From: Macrostomum lignano
Taxonomy: Eukaryota
Direction: 5' to 3'
DNA length: 64,000 bases
NCBI GenBank assembly: GCA_002269645.1
Contig: NIVC01001529.1
Location: 41,317-105,316 of the forward strand
The notes beneath the pieces were generated by a model. It saw only the letters and a program-made list of their open reading frames with translations, was not told the origin of the DNA and did not search any database. This document shows positions 44,701-56,200 of this stretch, piece by piece; position 1 is the first letter of the stretch; each line of letters begins with the position of its first letter. The translations under genes and the position numbers were made by a program.

Positions 44701-47700
44701 CCAAGGCTCATTTTATTGGCTCTTACCGCCTCCAACCGCGCCTTTCCACACTACCCCCCTCCCGCCCCGCCCCAATTTTTATTGCCTTTCTCGGAATTCC
44801 AGCCTAAAGCTGCCATGTACATTTCAGTGGACTGGCTAATGTACATTATTACTGAACCAATTAGCAAGTTGTTTACGCCTGCAAGCTTTGGGCTTCTAAA
44901 CTTATCAAAGTCATTTCAGCCGCCTTTATTCTCATAAAATAGCTTATGTATTCTTCTTTGCTACTGAACTGAAAGTAGAAAGCTGTTTTTCTAATGATAG
45001 ACGCCTGAGTGGCCCATCCAGTTATTTTAGCATCTGTGCATATATCTTAGCCAGGTAGTGTATTTTTCGAGCAAAGCCAGCCTTAAAAATCTTTTAAGAA
45101 CTGAAGCGTTTAAGAAAGTAGCCTTCAATTTGAAGGAGGGGGCATTGCTAGACAATAAAGCAGATTTGGCTATTTGCCAGCATGTACAGCGCCATCCTTG
45201 AGCGGAGCGCAGGCGGCTGGCACAGCCGGAGCCGAGCGCAAGCCCATCTCGGGCGTGTAGAACTGCAGCCTCCAGTACTCGGGCTGGTAGAACCGGTCCA
45301 GGCTGGACCAGCCGCACCACCGGCTGGCGCCGGGAACTGCCGGTGGCGTTGCAGACTGCACCGCCGGCTCAAAGCAGTCTTGGCAGCAGCAAGCGGCTGC
45401 TTCTGCTGCACCGCAGGGCCGCACATAACCTACGCGACGGCGGTCGTGACCGGTTCTCTGTCGCGACTTACTCGCAGAGGCGGCAGAGAGCTCGGAATAC
45501 AGCGGCTGGGGCAGCGACTGCGGCAGTGAAATACAAGTTTTGCCGGCCCCCCATATATAGGGATTGCATTTCAGTAAGTGCTACTGTATTGGGTACTAGG
45601 AAATTCAACTGAAAACATGTAATCTATTTTTAATGAAATTTAACATGAACTTTATGAAAAGCAAAGTTTTTTATTCGCACAAGCTAGATAAGTATGTGAC
45701 AAGTGAATGAAAATAATTTTGTACTGATTAGACCTGCAATCCACTCATTCATCCACTGATTAGACCTGCAATCCACTCATTCATCCACTGATTAGACCTG
45801 CAATCCACTCATTCATCCACTGACTAGATTAGCAATCCACTCATTCAGCTACTGACTAGATTAGCAATCCACTCATTCAGCTACTGACTAGATTAGCAAT
45901 CCACTCATTCAGCTACTGACTAGATTAGCAATCCACTCATTCAGCTACTGACTAGATTAGCAATCCACTCATTCAGCTACTGACTAGATTAGCAATCCAC
46001 TCATTCATCCACTGACTAGATTAGCAATCCAGTACCATCAGTAATCCGGGATTCAGAGACGGCAGAAGCAACTAAAACCCCCTCATTCACACCTGAGCGG
46101 AGTTGCTGCTGGCAGACTCGAACAGCCGCAATAGTGGCGACATCTCTGCATTGGCGGCTGGCCGCACCAGCAGGCGGTCTTTGCCGACGCCCTGGGGCAG
46201 CCGCTCGATGGTCTGGGCGATCTCCGGCTTCAACAGGGCGCAGGTGGCGCACGGCAGCGGCTGGTCGAAGCAGCTGAAGCTCCAGTCGGCAGACCAGGGC
46301 CCGAGCTGCACGAACTGCACATTGGTTGCCGGGCAGAGGTTCGGCTTGCTGAACTGCAGCCGGCCGCTCCACAGGAGCCGACCGGTGGTGACATCGGCGG
46401 GGGCGGCAGCGGCGGATGACGGCACCGGCTGCGGCGCTGAGGAGTCAGGTGCAGCCTGCGCTCCAGTCTGCTGCGACTGGCATTTCAGTATGTGAATGCT
46501 CAGTTAGCTTTAACATACGGCATAGCAACTACTCAGCTGCAGAAATACACAGGATGGGCATTGCGACTCCCCTCAGTGCCAGCACTGTGCAAGCTGTGCC
46601 TGGCCACTCCGTTACCAATGAGCCACCATTTACCTAGTGAGGCACCATATACCCAATTAACTACTCTATAACAAAACAAGATACTATTGACGTAATTAGA
46701 CTATCTAAATTTTTCATAATTAGCTACCATCTGCTCTACATAAGTAGCTACTATCTACTCTATAATTAGCTACAATCTACTCTACATAATTAGCAACCAT
46801 CTGCTCTACATAATTAGCAACCATCTGCTCTACATAATTAGCAACCATCTGCTCTACATAATTAGCAACCATCTGCTCTACATAATTAGCAACCATCTGC
46901 TCTACATAATTAGCAACCATCTGCTCTACATAATTAGCAACCATCTGCTCTACATAATTAGCAACCATCTGCTCTACATAATTAGCAACCATCTGCTCTA
47001 CATAATTAGCAACCATCTGCTCTACATAATTAGCAACCATCTGCTCTACATAATTAGCAACCATCTGCTCTACATAATTAGCAACCATCTGCTCTACATA
47101 ATTAGCAACCATCTGCTCTACATAATTAGCAACCATCTGCTCTACATAATTAGCAACCATCTGCTCTACATAATTAGCAACCATCTGCTCTACATAATTA
47201 GCAACCATCTGCTCTACATAATTAGCAACCATCTGCTCTACATAATTAGCAACCATCTGCTCTACATAATTAGCAACCATCTGCTACCATCCATAATTAG
47301 CTACCACCCAGACACGCACCAGAGTCGGCAGCAATCAATGCGGCGGCCCTGAACTCACCTGCACCTGCGCTGGGGCAGCTGCCTGCTGCGGCGGCAGCGG
47401 CGGTGACAGCCGGATGCACTCTGGCACCAGCACCAACTCCCACTTGGGATGCGGTGAAATGCCCGAATCGCCAAGATCCTCCTTCCCATTGACCAGGCCG
47501 AACAGCTCAGTCAGCTGGTCGTTTCGCCTTGGCGACAGAATTGTGAGAGAGGTCAGGGGTTCGAGCACCGATCTCAACTGGTCCATGTTGTCCTCGAAGC
47601 GCGAATGGACAATCAGCAGGAGGTGGCGCTCGGCGGCACTACCGGAGCAGCTGCTGCTGATGAGGCCCGACAGCAGGCGGCCCAGGTGACCAACTGGGAC

Positions 47701-48148
47701 CTGGGAGCGGAGAATCAAAGAAAATGTTTCAATTGGTGTAACTGATGTCCAAAGCACCAAGGCAACAAGGCAAAGCAAATCACCGAGGTCAAAGAAGGTC
47801 ACTCACCCGCTCGGACCTGGCCGGATCCGGGTAGCGCATAAATGTGACCTCGGACAGAAGGCGCAACAGGGCCTCATCGCTGTGCAACGGCTGCTCCTGG
47901 GCAGTCAGCTGGCCGAAGTCTCGGCCGTCAGGGTCTCGATTGAATGTCACAGCCCTGTAGGAGACGGCGGCCTCTGGCCCGGCCAGGCCACGCAGGCAGA
48001 CCAGGAAGGGCCGGATGTAGGCGGGCAGGGCGTGTCTCATGTACAGCGTGCCCGGGTTGAACACGCGGACATCTTCAACGGCCACCAGACAGTCCACTGG
48101 TCGCTTGGTCGCGGCTGCTCCATTCCCAGTCCGACTGGGAGTTGGCAT
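39150..48148 (-). CDS. MED25: Divergent Mediator subunit MED25-like protein (VWA, ACID/PTOV, Q/P-rich tail), 7 exons, ~640 aa
   Basis: Exons 47807..48148, 47359..47700, 46093..~46476, 43025..43432, 41771..41938, 40086..40217, 39150..39305, all phase 0 GT-AG. VWA-like VDCLVAVED / YRAVTFN / RHLLLIVHS / [16 protein letters not shown]; ACID-like LLWSGRLQF and [29 protein letters not shown]. Assignment rests on remembered motif similarity; an HMM search is needed. Confidence 0.7.
39405..40060. repeat. 24-bp minisatellite gatactcaggagacctgacaccca in MED25-like intron 6
   Basis: Seen directly. Confidence 0.95.
40576..40892 (+). mobile_element. SINE copy 3 (5'-truncated)
   Basis: Starts at ccagcggcccaggctcgattcc and is colinear with copy 2 to gggtgcacacaacc. 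Confidence 0.85.
41252..41755. repeat. (TCTG)n microsatellite abutting MED25-like exon 5
   Basis: Seen directly. Confidence 0.95.
42320..42875. repeat. 32-bp minisatellite atggattgctaatctgtgctcctaattgcata
   Basis: Period of 32 seen directly. Confidence 0.95.
43590..44160. repeat. CT-rich ~20-bp degenerate repeat (ccctccatctaccatctctta)
   Basis: Seen directly. Confidence 0.9.
44603..44881 (+). repeat. Dispersed ~280-bp repeat, copy 2 (copy 1 at 1346..1631)
   Basis: See copy 1. Confidence 0.85.
45170..45520 (-). other. Exon-like block nested in MED25-like intron 3 (possible alternative terminal exon or relic)
   Basis: Phase-0 acceptor tttcactgccgcag, then open frame [32 protein letters not shown]; no family recognised. 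Confidence 0.3.
45725..46030. repeat. 32-bp minisatellite actgactagattagcaatccactcattcagct
   Basis: Period of 32 seen directly. Confidence 0.9.
46720..47300. repeat. 24-bp minisatellite ctacataattagcaaccatctgct in MED25-like intron 2
   Basis: About 21 near-identical copies. Confidence 0.95.
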
Positions 48149-48369
48149 TGTAGGGACTACAAATTAGTTGGTTTGTTGCCTGCACAAAAATGCAGTCCAG
48201 CAATCGATTCCGCTAGGGGAATCGGATTACTCAGTTGAGCGGCTCAAGCGTTGGCGAACTGGCCTTGGTGAGGCGGAAACATAAAGTGGAAAAGAATTGT
48301 AATCTACTACTCGAATTGGTCAGGCATTCTGCATTTTGAAGCTGCTCTTAAATGCGGATAGGTTAAGCA

Positions 48370-50260
48370 GAGTGGAGAGGTGTCATAGACAGTGCATGGT
48401 GGGGAGGTGCCATAGACAGTGCATGGTGGGGAGGTGCCATAGACAGTGCATGGTGGGGAGGTGTCATAGACAGTGCATGGTGGGGAGGTGTCATAGACAG
48501 TGCATGGTGGGGAGGTGTCATAGACAGTGCATGGTGGGGAGGTGTCATAGACAGTGCATGGTGGGGAGGTGTCATAGACAGTGCATGGTGGGGAGGTGTC
48601 ATAGACAGTGCATGGTGGGGAGGTGTCATAGACAGTGCATGGTGGGGAGATGTCATAGACAGTGCATGGTGGGGAGATGTCATAGACAGTGCATGGTGGG
48701 GAGGTGTCATAGACAGTGCATGGTGGAGAGGTGTCATAGACAGTGCATGGTGGGGAGGTGTCATAGACAGTGCATGGTGGAGAGGTGTCATAGACAGTGC
48801 ATGGTGGGGAGGTGTCATAGACAGTGCATGGTGGGGAGATGTCATAGACAGTGCATGGTGGGGAGGTGTCATAGACAGTGCATGGTGGGGAGGTGTCATA
48901 GACAGTGCATGGTGGGGAGGTGTCATAGACAGTGCATGGTGGAGAGGTGTCATAGACAGTGCATGGTGGGGAGGTGTCATAGACAGTGCATGGTGGGGAG
49001 GTGTCATAGACAGTGCATGGTGGGGAGATGTCATAGACAGTGCATGGTGGGGAGGTGTCATAGACAGTGCATGGTGGGGAGGTGTCATAGACAGTGCATG
49101 GTGGGGAGGTGTCATAGACAGTGCATGGTGGGGAGGTGTCATAGACAGTGCATGGTGGGGAGGTGTCATAGACAGTGCATGGTGGGGAGATGTCATAGAC
49201 AGTGCATGGTGGGGAGGTGTCATAGACAGTGCATGGTGGGGAGGTGTCATAGACAGTGCATGGTGGGGAGGTGTCATAGACAGTGCATGGTGGGGAGGTG
49301 TCATAGACAGTGCATGGTGGGGAGGTGTCATAGACAGTGCATGGTGGGGAGATGTCATAGACAGTGCATGGTGGGGAGATGTCATAGACAGTGCATGGTG
49401 GGGAGGTGTCATAGACAGTGCATGGTGGAGAGGTGTCATAGACAGTGCATGGTGGGGAGGTGTCATAGACAGTGCATGGTGGAGAGGTGTCATAGACAGT
49501 GCATGGTAGGGAGGTGTCATAGACAGTGCATGGTGGGGAGATGTCATAGACAGTGCATGGTGGGGAGGTGTCATAGACAGTGCATGGTGGGGAGGTGTCA
49601 TAGACAGTGCATGGTGGGGAGGTGTCATAGACAGTGCATGGTGGAGAGGTGTCATAGACAGTGCATGGTGGGGAGGTGTCATAGACAGTGCATGGTGGGG
49701 AGGTGTCATAGACAGTGCATGGTGGGGAGATGTCATAGACAGTGCATGGTGGGGAGGTGTCATAGACAGTGCATGGTGGGGAGGTGTCATAGACAGTGCA
49801 TGGTGGGGAGGTGTCATAGACAGTGCATGGTGGGGAGATGTCATAGACAGTGCATGGTGGGGAGATGTCATAGACAGTGCATGGTGGGGAGATGGGTGGG
49901 GAGATGCCATAGACAGTGCATAGTGGGGTGATGGGTCGAGAGATGCCATAGACAGTGCATGGTGGGGAGATGCCTTAGTGCATGGTGGGTTGATGGTGGG
50001 GAGGTGCCATAGGCAGTGCATGGTGAAGTGATGGGTGGGGAGGTGCCATAGACAGTGCATGGTGGGGAGATGCCATAGACAGTGCATAGTGGGGTGATGG
50101 GTCGAGAGATGCCATAGACAGTGCATGGTGGGGAGATGCCTTAGTGCATGGTGGGGTGATGGGTGGGGAGGTGCCATAGACAGTGCATGGTGAAGTGATG
50201 GGTGGGGAGGTGCCATAGACAGTGCATGGTGGGGTGATGGGTGGCGAGGTGCCATAGACA
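48370..50260. repeat. 27-bp G-rich minisatellite atagacagtgcatggtggggaggtgtc between GOLGA7 and the MED25-like start
   Basis: About 58 homogeneous copies, then a degenerate flank. Confidence 0.97.
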
Positions 50261-50726
50261 GTACATGGTTGGGTAATGGGTTGGGAGATACATTGCGAGA
50301 TACTAATTTGTTTGGCAAAGATAAAATAAAAAATTAACACAGTCAGAGCGCCAGCTAATTGCAATACAAGATGACAAGCAAAAATGAAATGCTCCACTCG
50401 TGCGAGACCAAGCGCGCCATGTCATAACTGCTGCTGCAATCAATAAGTTTATTTGTAGACTGACAAGATATTGCGTAAAATGTATATACCAACTAGCTAC
50501 TCATAATAGTAGTAAAAGCTGCGTGTGTGTGAGTTTAAATTAAGATTTGACGCAAGTAAAGCTATACATGATTTAATTAGTACTGTGCTGTAGTAAAATT
50601 GCACTGCAATAACTGCCATAAGCACCAGCCTTTAATAACTGTGGCCCCTGCCTTAAGCAAACGCATCTCTGCTAGAGTTGAAAAAATAAAACGACAGTAG
50701 ATAATAGGCCAGACTAGACTAGCTCG

Positions 50727-51762
50727 CTAACTCAGTAGCACAACTTCAATAACGCGAAGGCCCCGCTCGCTGGGGTCAATCATCATCAGCCTGCGGGGCA
50801 TGAACACCGTCCGGTTGTACTCCTCGATCAGCTTGCGCACCTCCTTCAGGCTCTGGAAGCAGAGTTTCAACGCGATCAGATTTGGATGCCAGTTTTTTAT
50901 AGTTTCAGTTAGGAATTGGAGCTGGGGTTGGCTGGGTCAAATGTACATTCAATCGGATAGGAATTGGAGCTGGGGTTGGCTGGGTCAAATGTACATTCAA
51001 TCGGATAGGAATTGGAGCTGGGGTTGGCTGGGTCAAATGTACATTCAATCGGATAGGAATTGGAGCTGGGGTTGGCTGGGTCAAATGTACATTCAATCGG
51101 ATAGGAATTGGAGCTGGGGTTGGCTGGGTCAAATGTACATTCAATCGGATAGGAATTGGAGCTGGGGTTGGCTGGGTCAAATGTACATTCAATCGGATAG
51201 GAATTGGAGCTGGGGTTGGCTGGGTCAAATGTACATTCAATCGGATAGGAATTGGAGCTGGGGTTGGCTGGGTCAAATGTACATTCAATCGGATAGGAAT
51301 TGGAGCTGGGGTTGGCTGGGTTAAATGTACATTCAGTCTGAGTGGAAGTTCGGACTAGGCCTAGCGGCCAGAGGATACACTTAAAGCAGAGAAAGATTTG
51401 GCTATATGTACACTAGCACTGCCCTAATGTACACTCAGTCGGACAGGAAAGTCTGGGTATGCCAGACCCCTCCGACTGTGCTTACTCACCCTCTCAAAGT
51501 GCGTGTCCATGCACATGTATATAAGGTAGCCAGTCAGGCAGGCGAAGCAGCTCTCGGCGTAGACTCCAACAGAGCCATTCTCGGCGCCGGCAAGGATCTG
51601 GTTGATATTAACAATGGCCGCCTCGAATAGGTCCTCGGGCATGCGGTCCTGCAACTGCGGCGGCATGGCGGTGGAGTAGCGCAGTCCGAGGCCTTGACTG
51701 TAGTCCCGCTGTATGTACACCTTCCGGCTGTGGCCTACCTGGGCGGCGGGCCGCGATCCCAT
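50727..51762 (-). CDS. GOLGA7: Golgin subfamily A member 7 / Erf4 (DHHC palmitoyltransferase accessory subunit), 2 exons, ~132 aa
   Basis: Exons 51490..51762 and 50727..50852 (phase 0). KVYIQRDYS, ESCFACLTGY..CMDTHFE and DPSERGLRVIE match the GOLGA7 pattern. Confidence 0.92.
50910..51330. repeat. 48-bp minisatellite in the GOLGA7 intron
   Basis: aggaattggagctggggttggctgggtcaaatgtacattcaatcggat, about 8.5 copies. Confidence 0.95.
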
Positions 51763-51869
51763 TATTAATAATAGGTTGCGGCGAAACAGGCGGCTTCTGA
51801 GGATGCGAGACTACTACATGCAGTAGACGGGTTTTGAAAAATAAGTATTAATGATTAGTTGATAAAATA

Positions 51870-52265
51870 CGGAATGCTGATGTAAAAGCATGAGATGACA
51901 TAGAACCCGGATGCAAAAAGCATGAGATGACATAGAACCCGGATGTAGGAGGATGAGATGACATAGAACCCGGATGCAAAAAGCATGAGATAACATAAAA
52001 CCCGGATGTAGGAGCATATCATAGAACCCGGATGTAAAATAATGACATAGAACCCGGATGTAAAATAATGACATAGAACCCGGATGTAAAAGCATGGCAT
52101 AGAACCCGGATGCAAGAGCATAAAATGACTTTAGAACCCGTTTGTAAAAGTATCAGATGACTCAAAACCCGGATGTAAAAGCATGAAAAAGAAACCGGAT
52201 GTAAAAAGATGACTTAAAACCCGGATGTCAAATCATGAGATGACTTAGAACCCGGATGTAAAATT
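51870..52265. repeat. Degenerate ~28-33-bp repeat with agaacccggatgtaaaa core
   Basis: Seen directly. Confidence 0.85.
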
Positions 52266-53272
52266 ACGATATTGGATAAGTAAAACCTGCTTTGAGTATA
52301 GGATGAGTCGCGGGAAGAACTCATATAGTAAGTATAAACTAAGCTTAAAAATCAACAGAAAAAATACAGAACAAACGATTCAATTCCGATTTGCTGACTT
52401 AGAATTTTTTAATTTACTAACGGAGACGCCAAATTTGTATTTTAAGAAATCAAAAGAGTAAGTTAACAAACAAAATTTCAAGTCAATTTGACACTGGAGT
52501 GCAACTGAAGGCAGAAACCGGTTGAATATAGTCACGAGTAATTTCATCGCCAAATTTTTAATGACTTGACAATGCAGAAAAATTTGCTTAGAAAATTTTT
52601 GAAAATAAACTTTGCTGCCACCACAGAACAGGTGTTAAAAAGTCCTAGTCTACTAGAAGTAGCGTATTCATTTTTAGCAACCTGGATTGATCTAAAGAAT
52701 AAATTAAATGAAATTAAAGAAACTTAAATAAAAAGGCAACCACATCTTGAATACTAGTTGCACATGAGTAGCATGCACGGCGCATGCCCGAACATTGCTT
52801 TTTTATTCGTGAGCAAGCCAATCTTGCTTTCAGCAAGCCAGAAAGGACAAATTAAGTCAATTGCGTAGAAGCTGTCATGAAATCTAGACTGACATTCCAG
52901 AAGATTAGGCTACTAGTCCATTACGAGATAAATCTGAAGTTTGAAATTAAAAAGAAAAAATAATCAAATTAACTGTCTTCTGAAAAGACGGCATCCATTC
53001 GGATATGGAGTTCTCAGCAAGGACTACTCAAGTGAGTGTTTTTTCGGCGAAAACCAACCTCATAAACATTTTCTAAGAAACGTGGTTTCCCGTCCTTCTA
53101 CTTGAGTAGTCCTTGGTTCTCATAACCATCTCTACATAAGATAAGCATCTAGATATTCTTAACTCTGTGCATAGATAAGGAGGAATTCCTATCTCTGCAT
53201 TATCTAGACACCTAGACTATCAAACTCTAAACCAACTCTCACGTGAGACTAGCCTCACAATCTCCCACGACA

Positions 53273-56200
53273 CTAATCGCTACTCGAAGGCAGCTCCAGG
53301 CACACGGCGATGCCCATGCCGCCGCCGATGCAGGCGGCTGCGCAGCCCCGCCTGGCTGACAGGCGGCGCATCTGGTGCGCCAGGGTGACCAGGATGCGCG
53401 CGCCTGAGCAGCCGATGGGGTGGCCCAGGGCGATCGCGCCGCCGCAGACGTTAAGCCTGGCCCGGTCCAAATCCAGCTCGCTGCACACGGCCACGGCCTG
53501 GGCGGCGAAGGCTTCGTTCAGCTCGAACAGGTCGACGTCCTTCGTGGACCAGCCGGCTCGGCTCAGCGCCTTTCGAATCGCCGGCACAGGGCCCATGCCC
53601 ATGTAGTCCGGCTCCACGCCCGCCTGGCGAAGGTGCGGGAGGGGATTTGTCATGTGATTATCCCCATGCTCATGCTTGGGCGCAACCTTGGGATTCACTC
53701 GGCCGTTTCTATTGGCAACACACACATGTAAGTCGCTATTGGACGGAATAGTAGTCACGTGACTGCTCTCAGCCAATAGCGACTTACATGTGTGTGTTGC
53801 CAATAGAAACGGCCGGGTGATTCCCAAAGTTGCGCATGTATGCCCATGCTAGACTGCTCACCTGTCCGTAAGACACCACCCTGGCCATGATCCCATAATT
53901 ATCCCCATACCAGACTGCTCACCTGTCCGTAAGACACCACCCTGGCAATGATCCCATAATTATCCCCATACCAGACTGCTCACCTGTCCGTAAGACACCA
54001 CCCTGGCCATGATCGGCAGGCCCCGTTTCGCAGCCTCCTCCGCCGAGGCGAGCAGCAGGGCGGCGGCCCCGTCGTTGATGCCAGACGAGTTGCCAGCGGT
54101 GACGGTGGCCTCGGCGTCCTTCTGGAAGCTGGGCTTCAACGACTTCAATCCTTCCACGGTGGTGCCGTGGCGCGGGAATTCGTCTTGACGGAGCAGCGGC
54201 TCCTGCTGATCGGAGCCGACGGCGGAGGCGGCCGCGGGCAGCAGCTCCTCCTTGAACAGGTCGGAGCGCTGAGCCTTTTCGGCTTTGTTCTGCGATAGAC
54301 AGGCGAAATTGTCCTGCGCGGGTCAGGGGGGGGGGGTTGGTGTGCAGCTAGTGAGTTATCAATCAAAACTTGATGGAGATGTTCGTATTGATTGGCATAG
54401 ACAAATGATAAAAAAACTCTTAACTCAGGATTGGAGGCAGGTGTGGCATAGGATGAAGGATGCAGGATGAGGCAGGTGTGGCATAGGATCAAGGATGCGG
54501 GATGAGGCAGGTGTGGCATAGGATCAAGGATGCGGGATGAGACAGGTGTGGCATAGGATCAAGAATGCAGGATGAGACAGGTGGGGGATAGGATCAAGGA
54601 TGCGGGATGAGACAGGTGTGGCATAGGATCAAGGATGCGGGATGAGACAGGTGGGGGATAGGATCAAGGATGCGGGATGAGGCAGGTGTGGCATAGGATC
54701 AAGGATGCGGGATGAGACAGGTGTGGCATAGGATCAAGGATGCAGGATGAGACAGGTGGGGGATAGGATCAAGGATCCAGGATGAGACAGGTGGGGGATA
54801 GGATCAAGGATCCAGGATGAGACAGGTGGGGGATAGGATCAAGGATCCAGGATGAGACAGGTGGGGGATAGGATCAAGGATCCAGGATGAGACAGGTGGG
54901 GGATAGGATCAAGTATCCAGGATGAGACAGGTGGGGGATAGGATCAAGGATCCAGGATGAGACAGGTGGGGGATAGGATCAAGGATCCAGGATGAGACAG
55001 GTGGGGGATAGGATCAAGGATCCAGGATGAGACAGGTGGGGGATAAGATCAAGGATCCAGGATGAGACAGGTGGGGGATAGGATCAAGGATCCAGGATGA
55101 GACAGGTGGGGATAGGATCAAGTATCCAGGATGAGACAGGTGGGGATAGGATCAAGGATCCAGGATGAGACAGGTGGGGGATAGGATCAAGGATCCAGGA
55201 TGAGACAGGTGGGGGATAGGATCAAGGATCCAGGATGAGACAGGTGGGGGATAGGATCAAGGATCCAGGATGAGACAGGTGGGGATAGGATCAAGGATCC
55301 AGGATGAGACAGGTGGGGCATAGGATCAAGGATCCAGGATGAGACAGGTGGGGATAGGATCAAGTATCCAGGATGAGACAGGTGGGGGATAGGATCAAGG
55401 ATCCAGGATGAGACAGGTGGGGGATAGGATCAAGTATCCAGGATGAGACAGGTGGGGGATAGGATCAAGGATCCAGGATGAGACAGGTGGGGCATAGGAT
55501 CAAGGATCCAGGATGAGACAGGTGGGGGATAGGATCAAGGATCCAGGATGAGACAGGTGGGGGATAGGATCAAGGATCCAGGATGAGACAGGTGGGGATA
55601 GGATCAAGTATCCAGGATGAGACAGGTGGGGGATAGGATCAAGGATCCAGGATGAGACAGGTGGGGGATAGGATCAAGGATCCAGGATGAGACAGGTGGG
55701 GGATAGGATCAAGGATCCAGGATGAGACAGGTGGGGCATAGGATCAAGGATCCAGGATGAGACAGGTGGGGGATAGGATCAAGGATCCAGGATGAGACAG
55801 GTGGGGGATAGGATCAAGGATCCAGGATGAGACAGGTGGGGATAGGATCAAGGATCCAGGATGAGACAGGTGGGGGATAGGATCAAGGATCCAGGATGAG
55901 ACAGGTGGGGATAGGATCAAGGATCCAGGATGAGACAGGTGGGGCATAGGATCAAGGATCCAGGATGAGACAGGTGGGGGATAGGATCAAGGATCCAGGA
56001 TGAGACAGGTGGGGGATAGGATCAAGGATCCAGGATGAGACAGGTGGGGGATAGGATCAAGTATCCAGGATGAGACAGGTGGGGGATAGGATCAAGGATC
56101 CAGGATGAGACAGGTGGGGCATAGGGTCAAGGATCCAGGATGAGACAGGTGGGGGATAGGATCAAGGATCCAGGATGAGACAGGTGGGGCATAGGATCAA

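Noticed and set aside
35791-47280. Repeat ORFs at 36256, 39150-40129, 41154-41953, 43566 and 46777
   Set aside because: All derive from minisatellite periodicity; only short flanking parts belong to MED25-like exons.
48336-50318. 531-aa and 651-aa ORFs
   Set aside because: Pure 27-bp tandem repeat translations with no unique sequence or splice support.
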